64,000 bases of DNA from Gemmatimonadaceae bacterium (GTDB taxonomy: Bacteria > Gemmatimonadota > Gemmatimonadetes > Gemmatimonadales > Gemmatimonadaceae): NCBI GenBank assembly GCA_033763905.1, contig JANRJP010000037.1, forward strand, positions 1 through 64,000, read 5' to 3'. This document shows positions 54,247 to 64,000 of this stretch, piece after piece; the first letter of the stretch is position 1, and every line of letters starts with the position of its first letter. A program made the position numbers and the translations under genes. Under the pieces are notes generated by a model. The model searched no databases. It was not told the origin of the DNA and saw only the letters and a list, made by a program, of their open reading frames with translations.

Positions 54247-55710
54247 TTGGGGGCGGCGGCTGTCATCGCGTTGGGGACGGCCGCGCCATCACTCGCGGCG
54301 CAACGTGCGGTCGTGGCCGTGTCGATTTCGGCGGCCAGCGGCGCGCCCGTGCCTGACGTCGAAGCAGTGGTCCTGGGCGCACCGGGACGAGCGCGCAGTG
54401 GCGCCGACGGCATTGCCCGGATCAGTGTGCCGGCCGGCAGCGGGGTCGTTCGGCTGCGGCCATCGGGCGCGCCGCCGCTGTTTGTTCGATACGCGCTGAG
54501 GCCGGATGATACGGCGCGCGTCGCCGTCACGGTGACCGCCGCGTCGCCGGTGGTCGGCCCAGCGGCGGAGGGCGTGGACAGCACGCCCGAGCGCCGCCGC
54601 GCGTCCGGCCGGTACCGCGAACAACCCAGCCTCTCGCCCAGCGCGCTGACCCGTCGTCCGACGAGTCCACTCGGGACGGTGCTGCGCGGCCTCGACGGGA
54701 TCCGGCTGCTCGAGGATCACCCCGGGGGACCATCGCTCGCGTTCCCGCAGGCTGACGGCGGCTGGTGCCGCCCCGCGCTGGTGGTGGATGACGTCGTCCT
54801 CGAGCCCGCGGCGGATGCGCGCGCCGCCGGCGAGAGCGCGACGTCGGGATGGCTGGATGCCCTCACCGCGGGGATGCTGTCGTCGGTGGAGATCTGGTTC
54901 GCCGGGCGGCCGCTGCCGCCGCACTTCGCACCCATCGTGGCCACCTGCGGCGCGATCGTAGCCACGAGCCGTGGCGATACGCCGGACGCCTTCCGCGTCA
55001 CGGAGCAGGGGTCGGGATCGGCCGCGGTGGCCTTGACCGCGATGGTGGTCGACGGGGCAGGGGGCGTCGTGGCCGAGGCGCAGGTAAGCGTGGTGGGCAC
55101 ATCGATCCGCGGCACGACCAATTCGCGCGGCGTCGTCGTGCTCCGAGACGTACCGGAGGGTCCGCGGCTGCTTCGGGTGCAAAAGGTGGGGCATTTGCCG
55201 ATGACCTCCCCGGTCACCGTCAGCCGCGCCGACACCATCACTAACGTGTTCGAGTTGCCGCGCGTGACCGGTGCGCAGCTGCTCGATACGGTGAATGTCG
55301 CCGGCCGCCGAGGGCTAGTGCCGATGTCGGACGTCCCGGTGATGCTCCGAGGATTCGAGGAACGTCGCCGATCGCAGCGGTATCCCGCGGCGACCTACAT
55401 CTCCCGGGACGACAATGCGCGGCGGTCCGAGCAGGCCGTGAGCGACTGGCTCCGGGTGTCCTCCCGCATCCGGGTCCAGAGCGGCTCCCGCCGCTACGTC
55501 GAGCTCCGCGGAGGCTCAGGGCGCAGCCGCTGGTGTCTCCCTCACGTGTTTCTGGACGGCAACGTCCTGAGCACGTCCGGGGTGGTCGACGACGTCAGTC
55601 CGACCACCGTGGCGGCGGTGGAAGTGCACTCCGTGACGGCGGGCGCCCCCTCGGAATTCATCCGGCCGGGCAACTCGTGCGGCGTCGTGCTGATCTGGTC
55701 GCTGACCTGA
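54247..55710 (+). CDS. Exported protein with two carboxypeptidase-regulatory-like plus TonB Plug-like modules, no beta-barrel
   Basis: Two modules of the form C...(V/L)D....VE(I/V).....CG.(I/V); TTNSRG.VVL.DVPEG...LRV..VG; start uncertain (TTG 54247, or ATG 54142 inside ndk). Confidence 0.7.
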   Translation: MGAAAVIALGTAAPSLAAQRAVVAVSISAASGAPVPDVEAVVLGAPGRARSGADGIARISVPAGSGVVRLRPSGAPPLFVRYALRPDDTARVAVTVTAASPVVGPAAEGVDSTPERRRASGRYREQPSLSPSALTRRPTSPLGTVLRGLDGIRLLEDHPGGPSLAFPQADGGWCRPALVVDDVVLEPAADARAAGESATSGWLDALTAGMLSSVEIWFAGRPLPPHFAPIVATCGAIVATSRGDTPDAFRVTEQGSGSAAVALTAMVVDGAGGVVAEAQVSVVGTSIRGTTNSRGVVVLRDVPEGPRLLRVQKVGHLPMTSPVTVSRADTITNVFELPRVTGAQLLDTVNVAGRRGLVPMSDVPVMLRGFEERRRSQRYPAATYISRDDNARRSEQAVSDWLRVSSRIRVQSGSRRYVELRGGSGRSRWCLPHVFLDGNVLSTSGVVDDVSPTTVAAVEVHSVTAGAPSEFIRPGNSCGVVLIWSLT

Positions 55711-55758
55711 GTCCGTGCGGCGTGGGTGACAGGCCCTAAGTCAGCGTCCCACCGAGAC

Positions 55759-55787
55759 TTGATACGCGGCCCCGAGGCCGGTAGAAT
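55759..55787 (+). promoter_or_regulatory. Putative sigma70 promoter of the yceD-rpmF-plsX-fab operon
   Basis: TTGATA-17 nt-TAGAAT, ending 8 nt before ATG 55796. Confidence 0.7.
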
Positions 55788-55795
55788 TCGGGGTT

Positions 55796-56305
55796 ATGCT
55801 GCTGTTCGACATCCGGACGGCCGCCTCGAAGGCGGTGCCGGTCGATGGGACGCTGGAGCGAGATGACGCCGTCTGGATAGACGGTGACACTCGTCCTGCC
55901 GAGTCGGTGCACGTGACCGGCCGGCTATCACCCGCTGGGCAGGGGACGCTGTATTTCAGCGGCCAGCTCACGGGTGAGGCAACCGCGGAGTGTCGGCGCT
56001 GTCTGGCCGATGCGCGGGTCCCAGTGACTGACGACGTGCATTTGGTGTTCGCGGAAGCGGGCACCGAAGGTGCGGACGATCCCGATGTGTATCCGTTGGA
56101 CGCGCAGAGCGGCTCGCTCGATCTGCGCCCGGCGGTACGGGAACAGTGGCTCCTGGCGGCGCCGGCGTACGCGCTGTGCCGCGAGGATTGCAAGGGGCTG
56201 TGTTCGACGTGCGGGGCGGATCTCAATGCAGGTCCGTGTTCGTGCCAGAAGGCGCCCGATCCGCGGTGGGCAGCGTTGTCCAAGCTGACGACCGACCGTT
56301 CCTGA
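55796..56305 (+). CDS. yceD: DUF177/YceD family protein
   Basis: ECRRCL, LDL..AVRE, LCREDCKGLC..CG.DLN...C.C, DPRWAAL; precedes rpmF. Confidence 0.92.
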   Translation: MLLFDIRTAASKAVPVDGTLERDDAVWIDGDTRPAESVHVTGRLSPAGQGTLYFSGQLTGEATAECRRCLADARVPVTDDVHLVFAEAGTEGADDPDVYPLDAQSGSLDLRPAVREQWLLAAPAYALCREDCKGLCSTCGADLNAGPCSCQKAPDPRWAALSKLTTDRS

Positions 56306-56335
56306 CCGACTTCACGCCGTTTTCCAGAGACTCCG

Positions 56336-56518
56336 ATGGCCGTCCCGAAGCGCCGCACCTCGAAGCAGCGCAAGCGTCTGCGCAACACCCACAAGAAGGC
56401 TCCCGCGATCGTCATTCAGACGTGCCCCCGTTGCGGCGCGATGAAGCGCCCGCACCGCGTGTGCGCCGAGTGCGGCTACTACGCGGGTACGCAGCGCACG
56501 GCCGGCCGGGACGCCTGA
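56336..56518 (+). CDS. rpmF: 50S ribosomal protein L32 (zinc-ribbon type)
   Basis: MAVPKRRTSK, CPRCG..KRPHRVC..CGYY. Confidence 0.97.
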   Translation: MAVPKRRTSKQRKRLRNTHKKAPAIVIQTCPRCGAMKRPHRVCAECGYYAGTQRTAGRDA

Positions 56519-56519
56519 G

Positions 56520-57548
56520 TTGGCGCGCATCGCGCTCGACGCGATGGGGGGCGACCACGCACCCATCGCCCCGATCGCCGGCGCGCTCCTCGCACTTCCA
56601 ACGCTCGATCCGGCCCACCACATCCAACTGGTGGGTCCGACGGCGCGCATCACCGAGCTGCTCGACCAGCTGATTGCTGGGGAGCACGCCGCGGCAGCGC
56701 CGCATCGGCATCGGATCGAGATCGTCGAGGCGCCCGACGTCATCGAAATGACCGACAAGCCGTCCGTCGCCCTCCGCGGCAAGCCGCAGAGTTCGATGGT
56801 CGTCGGGATTCGTCTCCAAGCCGAAGGCAAGTCGGACGCCTTTGTCTCGGCGGGCAACACGGGCGCACAGATGGCCGCGTCGGCCTTCGTGCTCAAGCTG
56901 CACGCGGGGCTCAAGCGTCCCGCGATTTCGACGATCTTTCCCACCGCGACACGCCCCGTGGTCGTCCTCGACTCCGGTGCGAATATGGACTGCAGCCCGG
57001 AGGAGCTCGTGCAGTTCGCGCGCTTGGGTGCCGTCTATGCCGAAGACATTCTCGGCCGCGCCAATCCGGCGGTCGGTCTGGTCTCGGTCGGCGAAGAAGA
57101 GGAGAAGGGCAACCTCGCGGTGAAGGAAGCGCACCAGCTCCTCAAGGCCAGCGGGCTCAACTTCATCGGCAACGTGGAAGGGCGTGACATTCCCAAGGGG
57201 ATTTCCGCCCACGGCCCGATCGACGTCGTGGTCTGCGACGGATTCACCGGCAACGTCGTGCTCAAGTTCTACGAAGCCGTCGTGCCGTTCCTGGGCGGTC
57301 TGGTCGCGAAGCAGGGCGTGCCGAAGGAAGTGATCGGCCAGGCCTTCGCCGAGCTCGATCCGAATGTCCACGGCGGTGCGCCGCTGCTCGGCGTCCGCGG
57401 CGTCAGCATCATTGCCCACGGCAGCTCGTCGGCCCGCGCGCTCAAGAATGCGATCGGCGTCGCGGTCCGCGCGGTCGAGACGCGAATGGACGAGCACATC
57501 GGCCGCCGGCTCGACGCCGCGGCCGCCGCGGCCGCCGCGACGTCGTGA
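56520..57548 (+). CDS. plsX: Phosphate acyltransferase
   Basis: IALDAMGGD.AP, SAGNTGA, GNVEG, CDGFTGNV.LK, GAPLLG, HGSS. Confidence 0.96.
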   Translation: MARIALDAMGGDHAPIAPIAGALLALPTLDPAHHIQLVGPTARITELLDQLIAGEHAAAAPHRHRIEIVEAPDVIEMTDKPSVALRGKPQSSMVVGIRLQAEGKSDAFVSAGNTGAQMAASAFVLKLHAGLKRPAISTIFPTATRPVVVLDSGANMDCSPEELVQFARLGAVYAEDILGRANPAVGLVSVGEEEEKGNLAVKEAHQLLKASGLNFIGNVEGRDIPKGISAHGPIDVVVCDGFTGNVVLKFYEAVVPFLGGLVAKQGVPKEVIGQAFAELDPNVHGGAPLLGVRGVSIIAHGSSSARALKNAIGVAVRAVETRMDEHIGRRLDAAAAAAAATS

Positions 57549-58534
57549 CGCGCCCCTACGCGATGATCACGGGGACCGGTCGCGCGGTCCCCGCCTACGC
57601 GATGTCGAATCACGACTTCGCGGCGATCGGCATCGACACCAACGACGAGTGGATTCGCGAACGCACCGGCATCCGCCAACGCTACATCTCGCGTGATGGC
57701 GAGACCTGCGTGTCGCTGGCGGCCGACGCGTCGCGTCAGGCGCTGGCCCGCGCCGGCGTCAGCGCCGAGCAGGTCGACCTCATCGTCTTCGGCACCTGCT
57801 CCCCCGACAAGTTGCTGCCCGCGGCGGGCGCGGAGATGCAGGCGCAACTCGGCGCAGTGAATGCCGCGGCGTTCGATCTCAATGCCGCGTGCACGAGCTT
57901 CGTGTACGGGATGAGCGTGGCCGAAGGCTTCATTGCGGCGGGCAGCGCCGAGACGGTGCTGGTGATCGGCGCCGAGAAGCTCTCGGGCATCATCAACTGG
58001 AAGGACCGCAACACCTGCGTCCTGTTCGGCGATGGCGCCGGGGCGGCGGTGGTGCGCAAGTCCGACGGGACGCGTGGGGTGCTGTCGCGCTTTATGCGGA
58101 GCGACGGCAATCTGGCGCCGCTGCTGTATCGCCCCCGCGGCGGCTCTGCCGAGCCGATGACCGCCGAGATGCTGGCCGACGGCTCCCATCTCGTCACGAT
58201 GGCGGGACGCGAGACGTTCAAGCACGCGGTGCGCTCGATGAACGAGGCGCTGGATCGTGCGCTGGCGGATGCCGGGATGACGGCCGATGATATCGATCTG
58301 CTGATCCCGCACCAGGCCAACCTCCGGATCATCGAAGCCACGGCCAAGCACGGCGGGATGTCGATGGACAAGGTGTTCGTGAATGTCGACCGCTACGGCA
58401 ACACCTCGGCGGCGTCGGTGCCGATCGCGCTCGATGAGGCGATTACCTCCGGTCGCGTGCAGCCGGGAATGCGCGTGATGCTCGTGGCGTTCGGGGCCGG
58501 GTTCACCTGGTCGTCCGCCATTCACCAGTTCTGA
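57545..58534 (+). CDS. fabH: 3-oxoacyl-ACP synthase III
   Basis: WIRERTGI, AACTSF, LFGDGAGA, PHQAN.RI, YGNTSAAS. Confidence 0.96.
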   Translation: MTRPYAMITGTGRAVPAYAMSNHDFAAIGIDTNDEWIRERTGIRQRYISRDGETCVSLAADASRQALARAGVSAEQVDLIVFGTCSPDKLLPAAGAEMQAQLGAVNAAAFDLNAACTSFVYGMSVAEGFIAAGSAETVLVIGAEKLSGIINWKDRNTCVLFGDGAGAAVVRKSDGTRGVLSRFMRSDGNLAPLLYRPRGGSAEPMTAEMLADGSHLVTMAGRETFKHAVRSMNEALDRALADAGMTADDIDLLIPHQANLRIIEATAKHGGMSMDKVFVNVDRYGNTSAASVPIALDEAITSGRVQPGMRVMLVAFGAGFTWSSAIHQF

Positions 58535-58540
58535 TCGCTC

Positions 58541-59482
58541 GTGGATATCGTTCTTCTGTGTCCGGGCCAGGGCTCGCAGAAGCCCGGCATGGCGAAGGAT
58601 CTCGTTGCCGCCTTTCCCGCCGCCGCCGACGTGGTGCAGCGCGTCGATGCCACGCTTGGCTTCGCCCTGTCGGCGCTGATGTTCGAGGGGCCGGAAGCGG
58701 AACTGACGAAGACGCTGAACGCGCAGCCGGCCTTGCTCACGCATTCGGCGGCGGTCTGGTCGGTGATCGGGCCGACCGTGGCGCCGCACGTGAAGGCGGC
58801 GGCCGGGCATTCGCTGGGCGAGTTCACAGCCTACCACCTGACCGGCGCGCTCGGGCTCGAAGCCGCCGCCACGCTCGTGCGTCGGCGCGGCGAGTTGATG
58901 TACGACGCGGGCAACGCGCGCGCCGGCGCGATGGCCGCCATTCTCGGCGACCTGCACGAGCCGATCGAAGTCATCTGCGAAAAGGCCACGGCGGCCGCGG
59001 GATTGGTGGTGCCGGCGAACTACAACTCGCCCGGCCAGATCGTGATCTCGGGCGAAGTGGCCGGCGTTGACCTGGCGATGACGCTCGCCAAGGACGCGGG
59101 CGCGAAGCGGGCGATCAAGCTCAATGTGAGCGGCGCGTTCCATTCGCCGTTGATGGAGCCCGCCCTGGACGGGCTGCGCAGTGCCCTCGCGGCGGCCGCC
59201 ATTCAGGACGCGCGGGTGCCCGTGGTGTCGAACGTCAACGCGACGCCGACCCGCTGGCAGCCGAGCATTCTGCACCTGCTCCTGCGCCAGCTGATGATGC
59301 CGGTGCGGTGGACCGATGTGGTGGCGCGGCTGGCCGCGATGCATCCCGACGCGCTGTTCGTCGAGATCGGCACCGGCAGCGTGCTGTCCGGGTTGGTCCG
59401 AAAGATTGCGCCGGCGGTGAAGACCGCCACGTGCGGCACGCCGGCGGAGGTGGACTCCTTGCTTGCGCAGGTGAACGGATGA
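58541..59482 (+). CDS. fabD: Malonyl-CoA:ACP transacylase
   Basis: PGQGSQ, AQPAL, GHSLGE, ANYNSPGQ.VISG, VSGAFHS. Confidence 0.96.
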   Translation: MDIVLLCPGQGSQKPGMAKDLVAAFPAAADVVQRVDATLGFALSALMFEGPEAELTKTLNAQPALLTHSAAVWSVIGPTVAPHVKAAAGHSLGEFTAYHLTGALGLEAAATLVRRRGELMYDAGNARAGAMAAILGDLHEPIEVICEKATAAAGLVVPANYNSPGQIVISGEVAGVDLAMTLAKDAGAKRAIKLNVSGAFHSPLMEPALDGLRSALAAAAIQDARVPVVSNVNATPTRWQPSILHLLLRQLMMPVRWTDVVARLAAMHPDALFVEIGTGSVLSGLVRKIAPAVKTATCGTPAEVDSLLAQVNG

Positions 59483-60219
59483 TCGGCATTGATCTCACGG
59501 GACGCACCGCGCTCGTGACGGGTTCCACGCGCGGGATCGGTCGCGGCATCGCCGAGATGCTCGCCGCCGCCGGCGCACGGGTGGCCGTCGTCGGTCGCGA
59601 TCTGGCCAAGGCGGAACAGGCCGCCGCCGAGATCGGGCACGGCGCGCACGGCTTCGCCTGTGATGTGGGCGATCCCGCGCAGGTCGTGGCGTTGATCGAG
59701 GGCGTCGAGAAGGCCTTTGGCCAGCTCGACATCCTGGTGAACAACGCCGGCCTGACCAAGGACAACCTGCTGATGCGCATCAAGGATGATGACTGGGATC
59801 AGGTCATCGACGCGAATCTCCGCGGGGCCTTCGTCGCGATGCGGGCCGCCACGCGCGGGATGATGAAGCGGCGATGGGGACGCGTGATCAACATCGCGTC
59901 AGTCGTCGGCCTCACCGGCAACAAGGGACAGGCCAATTACGCGGCGTCCAAGGCGGGCCTGATCGGCCTCACCAAGTCGGTGGCCAAGGAGCTCGCGTCG
60001 CGCAACGTGTTGTGCAACGTCGTCGCGCCGGGCTTGATCGGCACGGATATGATCGCCGCGATGACGGACGAAGCCCGCGGGGCGATGGCCGCCGCGATTC
60101 CGCTGGAACGCGTCGGCACCCCAGCGGATATCGCTGGTGCGGTCGCCTTCCTGTGCTCCGACCTTGCCACGTACATTACGGGTCAGGTGCTCGTGGTGGA
60201 CGGCGGGATGGTGATGTAG
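59479..60219 (+). CDS. fabG: 3-oxoacyl-ACP reductase
   Basis: TGSTRGIG, NNAG.T.D, GQANYAASK, VDGGM; ATG 59479. Confidence 0.96.
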   Translation: MIGIDLTGRTALVTGSTRGIGRGIAEMLAAAGARVAVVGRDLAKAEQAAAEIGHGAHGFACDVGDPAQVVALIEGVEKAFGQLDILVNNAGLTKDNLLMRIKDDDWDQVIDANLRGAFVAMRAATRGMMKRRWGRVINIASVVGLTGNKGQANYAASKAGLIGLTKSVAKELASRNVLCNVVAPGLIGTDMIAAMTDEARGAMAAAIPLERVGTPADIAGAVAFLCSDLATYITGQVLVVDGGMVM

Positions 60220-60303
60220 GGGTTTTGTAGGGCCGCCGCCCTAATTCGAGAGCGGCTGCAAGGGATTCACACGCAACACTGACCTCGGCTGAGGACGTTC
60301 GAG

Positions 60304-60543
60304 ATGGCGCATATCGAGAAGGTGAAGGACATCATCGAGAAGGAGCTCGGAGTCGAGCGCGAGAAGCTCACCAACGAGGCGAGCTTCATCGAAGACCTCG
60401 GCGCCGATTCGCTCGACATTGTCGAGCTCGTGATGGAGTTCGAGAAGGAGTTCGAGATCGACATCCCCGATGAAGATGCGGAGAAGCTCCGCACCGTCGG
60501 TGATGCGATCGGCTACCTCGAGCAGAAGGTCAGCGCGAAGTGA
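60304..60543 (+). CDS. acpP: Acyl carrier protein
   Basis: [15 protein letters not shown]. Confidence 0.97.
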   Translation: MAHIEKVKDIIEKELGVEREKLTNEASFIEDLGADSLDIVELVMEFEKEFEIDIPDEDAEKLRTVGDAIGYLEQKVSAK

Positions 60544-61784
60544 AGCGCCGCGTCGTAGTCACGGGCCTCGGCCTCGTGACTGCGGTCGGAAATGACGTGG
60601 ACAGCACCTGGCGTGCCATTCTCGATGGCACGTCGGGGGCGGGTCCGATCACGCGCTTCGATCCGTCCGCCCACAAGACGAAGTTCGCCTGTGAGGCCAA
60701 GGGCTTCGACGCGTCGTTGTATATGGACCGCAAGGAGATCAAGCGCTCCGATCTCTTCACCCAGTTCGCGCTCGCGGCCTCGGTGCAGGCGATGCAGATG
60801 GCCGGGTTTGGCGACGGCACCGGCTACGATGCCGAACGCTGCGGCGTCATCATCGGGTCGGGTATCGGCGGCATCCAGACCTTCGAAGACAATCAGGACA
60901 CCTGCCGCAGCCTCGGGCCGGGCAAGGTGTCGGCGTTCTTCGTGCCGATGTTCATCGCCGACATCGCCGCAGGCGTCGTCTCGATGCGTTTCGGCGCGAA
61001 GGGGCCCAACTACGCGACCGTGTCGGCCTGTGCGTCGAGTGCGCACGCGATTGGCGACGCGTTCCGTGCCATTGCGTACGGCGACGCCGACGTGATGATC
61101 GCGGGTGGCACCGAAGCGGCGATCAGCACGATGTCGGTGGCGGGCTTCGCGAATATGCAGGCGCTCTCGCAGAACAACGACGAGTACGCCACGGCGTCGC
61201 GCCCGTTCGACAAGCGGCGCGATGGCTTCGTCCTCGGCGAAGGGGCAGGGGTGGCGGTGCTCGAGCTGCTCGAGCACGCGCAGGCGCGCGGGGCCACGAT
61301 TCTGGGCGAAGTGCTGGGCTACGGCGCGACGGGTGACGCCTACCACCTCACCGGACAGCCCGAGAACCACGAAGGCCTGCAGCGGGCGATGCGGCGCGCG
61401 ATTCAGGACGCCGGACTCCGCCCGGAGGACGTCGACTACGTGAACGCGCACGGCACCTCGACGCCGCTCAACGACCCGAATGAGATCCGCGCCATCCGCG
61501 CCGTCTTCGGTGCGCACGCCGAGTCGATGAACGTCAGCTCGACCAAGTCGGCGACCGGACACACCTTGGGCGCGGCCGGCGGCATCGAGTTCGCGCTGAC
61601 GACGCTGGCGCTGCGTGACCAGATCGTGCCGCCGACGATCAATTGCACCGAGCAGGACCCCGAGTGCGACTTGAACGTCACGCCGTTGACGCCGCAGCGT
61701 CGCGCGATGCGGGCCGCCATCAGCAACAGCTCGGGGTTCGGCGGGCACAACGCCACGATCCTCGTCAGCCGCTGGAATGGCTGA
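60540..61784 (+). CDS. fabF: 3-oxoacyl-ACP synthase II
   Basis: [52 protein letters not shown]. Confidence 0.96.
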   Translation: MKRRVVVTGLGLVTAVGNDVDSTWRAILDGTSGAGPITRFDPSAHKTKFACEAKGFDASLYMDRKEIKRSDLFTQFALAASVQAMQMAGFGDGTGYDAERCGVIIGSGIGGIQTFEDNQDTCRSLGPGKVSAFFVPMFIADIAAGVVSMRFGAKGPNYATVSACASSAHAIGDAFRAIAYGDADVMIAGGTEAAISTMSVAGFANMQALSQNNDEYATASRPFDKRRDGFVLGEGAGVAVLELLEHAQARGATILGEVLGYGATGDAYHLTGQPENHEGLQRAMRRAIQDAGLRPEDVDYVNAHGTSTPLNDPNEIRAIRAVFGAHAESMNVSSTKSATGHTLGAAGGIEFALTTLALRDQIVPPTINCTEQDPECDLNVTPLTPQRRAMRAAISNSSGFGGHNATILVSRWNG

Positions 61785-62550
61785 GACGCCGGCGGGGCCG
61801 TCCAACCAGGCGGCCCCGTATTCGTCTGCGATCTACGACGCGTGGGGCGACGCGTCGGCCCGCTCGGCTCGCGCCGTGCTCGGCGTCCTCTGGGACTTCT
61901 ATCGGCCCGCCAGCGTGGTGGATGTCGGCTGCGGCATCGGCACGTGGCTGGCCGCAGCGGAGACGCTTGGCGCGCGCACGCTGACCGGCCTTGATGGGCC
62001 GTGGGTGAATCGCGCGCAGCTCCGCAGCGCGGCGATCACGTTCACCCCCGTGGATTTCGAGGCCGAGATTCCAGACGTCGGTCGACACGATCTGGCGATG
62101 TCGGTGGAGGTCGCGGAGCACGTGTCGGAGCGCCGCGCGGATGCCTTCGTTGCCGGACTGACCCGACTGAGCGATGTCGTGGTGTTCGGGGCCGCCATTC
62201 CCGATCAGGGCGGGGTCTCGCACGTCAACGAGCGCTGGCCCAGTTGGTGGGCGGCGAAGTTTGCGGACGCGGGGTTCGAACCGTTCGACGTGCTGCGCGC
62301 TGCCGTGTGGCAGGATCCCGGCGTCGAGTGGTGGTACCGGCAGAACATTCTTCTCTATGTCCGTCGCGGCGCGACGGGGATCGATCGTGACGCGTTGAAG
62401 GCGCGCGAACGGTCGGCGCTCGATCTGGTGCACCCGGCGCTGTACGAAGCCAAGGTCGCCGAAATCCGCCGGGTCCACGAACGCCCCGACGGCCGCTTCC
62501 TGTGGCAGACGCTCCGGCGGTACCTCTTCCCCCCGAAGCGAACCCGATAG
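61777..62550 (+). CDS. Class I SAM-dependent methyltransferase
   Basis: SVVDVGCGIG.WL, DLAMSVEVAEH, F.AAIP.QGG..HVNE, WWYRQN. Confidence 0.88.
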   Translation: MAETPAGPSNQAAPYSSAIYDAWGDASARSARAVLGVLWDFYRPASVVDVGCGIGTWLAAAETLGARTLTGLDGPWVNRAQLRSAAITFTPVDFEAEIPDVGRHDLAMSVEVAEHVSERRADAFVAGLTRLSDVVVFGAAIPDQGGVSHVNERWPSWWAAKFADAGFEPFDVLRAAVWQDPGVEWWYRQNILLYVRRGATGIDRDALKARERSALDLVHPALYEAKVAEIRRVHERPDGRFLWQTLRRYLFPPKRTR

Positions 62551-62559
62551 CTTTCGGGT

Positions 62560-63765
62560 ATGCCCATTCCCGTTCCGGCCGTCCGAGCGCTGCGCCCGTC
62601 CGATCCTGCGCTGCTGCCGATCGCCGAGAAGGTCGCGTCCGGCATCCGACTGGATGCCGCGGACGCTCGACTGCTCTTCGAGACCAACGATCTGGTGACC
62701 GTCGGCCGTCTCGCCGATGCCGTCAATCGCGCCAAGCACGGCGACGTCGTCACGTTCGCCGCCAATCAGCACATCAATCCGACGAACGTCTGCGTCCTGC
62801 GGAAGACCTGCGTCTTCTGCGGCTACGCGCGTCTGCCCAAGGAAGACGGCGCATACCGCTACACGCTGGCGCAGGTACTCGACGAAGCGGCGCACGCCGC
62901 CGACGGGCTGACGAAGGAGTTTCACATCGTCGGCGGCCTCGATATGCAGGCCGGGCTCGAGTACTACACGACGATGTTCCGCGCGTTGAAGGCGAACTTC
63001 CCGCACGTGCACATCAAGGCGCTCACCGCGGTCGAGATCGCGCACATCGCGCGCATCGAGAAGCGCTCGTGGGCCGAGGTGCTGACGGCGCTGAAGGAGG
63101 CCGGCCTCGACACGATGCCTGGCGGAGGTGCCGAGACGTTCAGCGCGGCGGTCCGCACGCTGATTGCCGACAAGAAGCTGGGCGGCGCCGACTACATCGG
63201 GGTGCACCGCACCGCGCACGGGCTCGGCATCCGCTCGAACTGCACGATGCTCTACGGGCACGTCGAAACCGTGCAGGACCGGATTGAGCATTTTCAGATG
63301 CTGCGCGACCTGCAGGACGAGACCGGCGGCTTCCTGGCCTTCATCCCGCTGGCGTATCACCCTGACGACAACGAGCTCGGCGCACAGCTCAACCGAAAGG
63401 GCACGAGCACGGCCGGCACGCTCGACCTGCGGATGCTTGCGATCGGTCGGCTCTTCCTCGACAACTTCGAACACGTGAAGAGCCACTGGATCATGGTCAC
63501 CCAGCCGGTGAGCCAGATCGCGTTGCACTTCGGCGTGAACGATCTCGAAGGCACCGTCGTGCGCGAGAAGATCTACCACGCCGTCGGGGCCACCACGCCG
63601 CAGGCGATGTCGCTCGACCAGCTCCTGCGGCTGATTCGCGGGGCGGGGAAGGTGCCGGCCGAGCGTGACTCGTTCTACCGCGTGGTGCGGCGCTACGACG
63701 ACCCTGCGCAGGATCCGGTGGCGGGCCCGTCGCTCGGGGCACCGCCGGTCGGCGCCGGCGCCTGA
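62560..63765 (+). CDS. mqnE: Aminofutalosine synthase (CofH/MqnE radical SAM family)
   Basis: NPTNVC...C.FC, HIVGG, HIKALTAVEI, PGGGAE, SNCTMLYGH.E, FIPLAYHP, HVK.HW, E.IYH; adjacent to mqnA. Confidence 0.88.
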   Translation: MPIPVPAVRALRPSDPALLPIAEKVASGIRLDAADARLLFETNDLVTVGRLADAVNRAKHGDVVTFAANQHINPTNVCVLRKTCVFCGYARLPKEDGAYRYTLAQVLDEAAHAADGLTKEFHIVGGLDMQAGLEYYTTMFRALKANFPHVHIKALTAVEIAHIARIEKRSWAEVLTALKEAGLDTMPGGGAETFSAAVRTLIADKKLGGADYIGVHRTAHGLGIRSNCTMLYGHVETVQDRIEHFQMLRDLQDETGGFLAFIPLAYHPDDNELGAQLNRKGTSTAGTLDLRMLAIGRLFLDNFEHVKSHWIMVTQPVSQIALHFGVNDLEGTVVREKIYHAVGATTPQAMSLDQLLRLIRGAGKVPAERDSFYRVVRRYDDPAQDPVAGPSLGAPPVGAGA

Positions 63766-63766
63766 C

Positions 63767-64000
63767 GTGACGACCCGACCCGACGCCTCGACGACGCCAA
63801 TGCGCGTCGGTCGGATCCGCTACGTGAATGCGTATCCGGTGTACGGGGCAATCGATCGCGGCCTCGTGCCGTTCGCCGGCTCGCTGATCAGCGGCGTGCC
63901 GACCGAGCTCAACACGCAGATGGCGCAGGACCAGCTCGACATCTCGGTGGTCAGCGCGGTCGAGTACGCCCGCGACGCGAGCCGGTATCTGCTCCTGCCG
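63767..64000 (+). CDS. mqnA: Chorismate dehydratase (futalosine pathway), partial, runs off the window end
   Basis: MRVGRIRYVNAYPVY...GVPTELN...LDISVVSAVEY; GTG 63767 or ATG 63800. Confidence 0.82.
   Translation, partial: MTTRPDASTTPMRVGRIRYVNAYPVYGAIDRGLVPFAGSLISGVPTELNTQMAQDQLDISVVSAVEYARDASRYLLLP

Overview
A GC-rich bacterial chromosomal window of mostly core genes; gene content and protein style suggest Gemmatimonadota (inference). In order: dnaB-radA-ispD-tsaC-LMW phosphatase-aroE, comF, gap-pgk-tpiA-secG-carA, HU/IHF, moaD-moaE-moaA and mdh-sdhCAB. A ~13.7 kb mixed accessory block (17.9-31.6 kb) follows, holding an HhH/HExxH/C2-like orphan, a VOC protein, an alpha/beta hydrolase, a GH53 lipoprotein, an ECF sigma/anti-sigma/two-HEAT module, a Tat-exported M20 amidohydrolase, a Ser/Thr kinase with Ig-like repeats, a stand-alone His-less DHp-like miniprotein, dcd and a GH13 lipoprotein. 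Next is a complete nuoA-N operon with two nuoM genes and a Rex-type operator, then pmm/pgm, UPF0182, sucCD, ndk, a barrel-less Plug-like protein, yceD-rpmF-plsX-fabHDG-acpP-fabF, a methyltransferase and mqnE-mqnA (partial). I recognised no rRNA, tRNA, CRISPR array, transposase or integrase. The most notable item is a '2M' complex I whose NuoL helix is not lengthened and whose first NuoM has a remodelled proton-pumping axis. Also notable are the HhH-HExxH-C2-like orphan, the pseudo-DHp miniprotein and the ECF-HEAT module. All calls come from reading motifs by eye; no database search was run.
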